A DNA stretch of 63,992 nucleotides, filler included, from Circinaria calcarea (Eukaryota), in assembly GCA_051942165.1 (NCBI GenBank). It is 6 parts of 6 records of this genome, joined end to end, with 100 filler letters (N's around TTAATTAATTAA, not from the genome) between each part and the next. Parts side by side here need not be neighbours in the genome. Positions count along the whole stretch, not along the records: positions 54,032 to 63,992 come from JAVECS010000865.1; 5 more parts are not named here. One strand, given 5' to 3'. The notes below the pieces were generated by a model, which had not been told where the DNA came from, did no database searches, and saw only the letters and a list, made by a program, of their open reading frames with translations. How positions within the stretch are numbered: the stretch's first letter is position 1; each line of letters starts with the position of its first letter. Positions 63,431-63,992 of the stretch are shown here, in pieces. The translations under genes and the position numbers were made by a program.

Positions 63431-63992
63431 TGTTACGGATACCTGGTTAATGAGTTATGACATTCTTTGGAGCTGGAGGCAAATTTGATTTTCCTATATA
63501 TGTACACCCCATGGAGGGGGTTACGACTACGAATGACAACGGGGTTTGCGCCGTTAATGAGTGATGGGAAGCAGGAGGTTTACCCCCAACAAAACCATGA
63601 TATCTGGCCTATGAAGCATTGCAACATACGTTCCCTATTCCAATTTACACCGATCACCGTAAGAAACCACTTTTCGTCCGCAAGCTATTGAAAGGATTAG
63701 GTAGTTCCATTATGTACCGAAATTAGTATCTCCCTTTTATCAAAACGATCAAGGTAATCTGGATATATATAATTCGTGCCCGGCAAGGAGAGTCAAGAGA
63801 GATTTCCTGCTACATAGAATCTTTCTCGGGCTCATGTTAGGTATTTTCTAAAGCGAAAAAAGGGGGTTCCCCGCATAAAATAAGTATTTCCCATCCGATC
63901 ACGTGCACTGCTCGTGTAGCCCCACTCTCCCTATTTACCTTCCCATCCCCCCTTATCACTTTCATACACTCCACCCACCACCCCACAAACTC

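Overview
Eukaryotic genomic DNA from a filamentous ascomycete (Pezizomycotina, inferred from short GT-AG introns with CTRAY branch points, gene content and RIP-like AT-rich DNA). The window is not one locus. It is six unrelated contigs joined by an artificial 100-nt linker (44 N + TTAATTAATTAA + 44 N), with segment lengths falling steadily (10718, 10715, 10706, 10698, 10694 bp), so nothing should be inferred across the linkers. After manual splicing I find about 18 protein genes: a PLP aminotransferase, KGD1, TFB1, a FATP/CefD1-like acyl-CoA ligase and an FAD amine oxidase (divergent pair, both ending in PTS1), an FMP46-like gene, RPL24, a Cys-rich orphan, UBC13, MTC5/SEA3, PSO2, a HeLo-like/NACHT/ankyrin NLR, an amino-acid permease, a 5'-truncated fasciclin protein, MRH4, BUD4, a PAM1/SVL3-like gene, and an unusual three-domain gene at 61508-63290. 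That last gene is the best novelty candidate. It fuses a fungal STAND-associated N-terminal (SesA/HeLo-like) domain to an LMW-PTP-fold domain whose catalytic Cys position holds Asp, and to a C-terminal degenerate KH domain. All domain calls are from motif recognition by eye, not database searches. No tRNA, rRNA or CRISPR was recognised.
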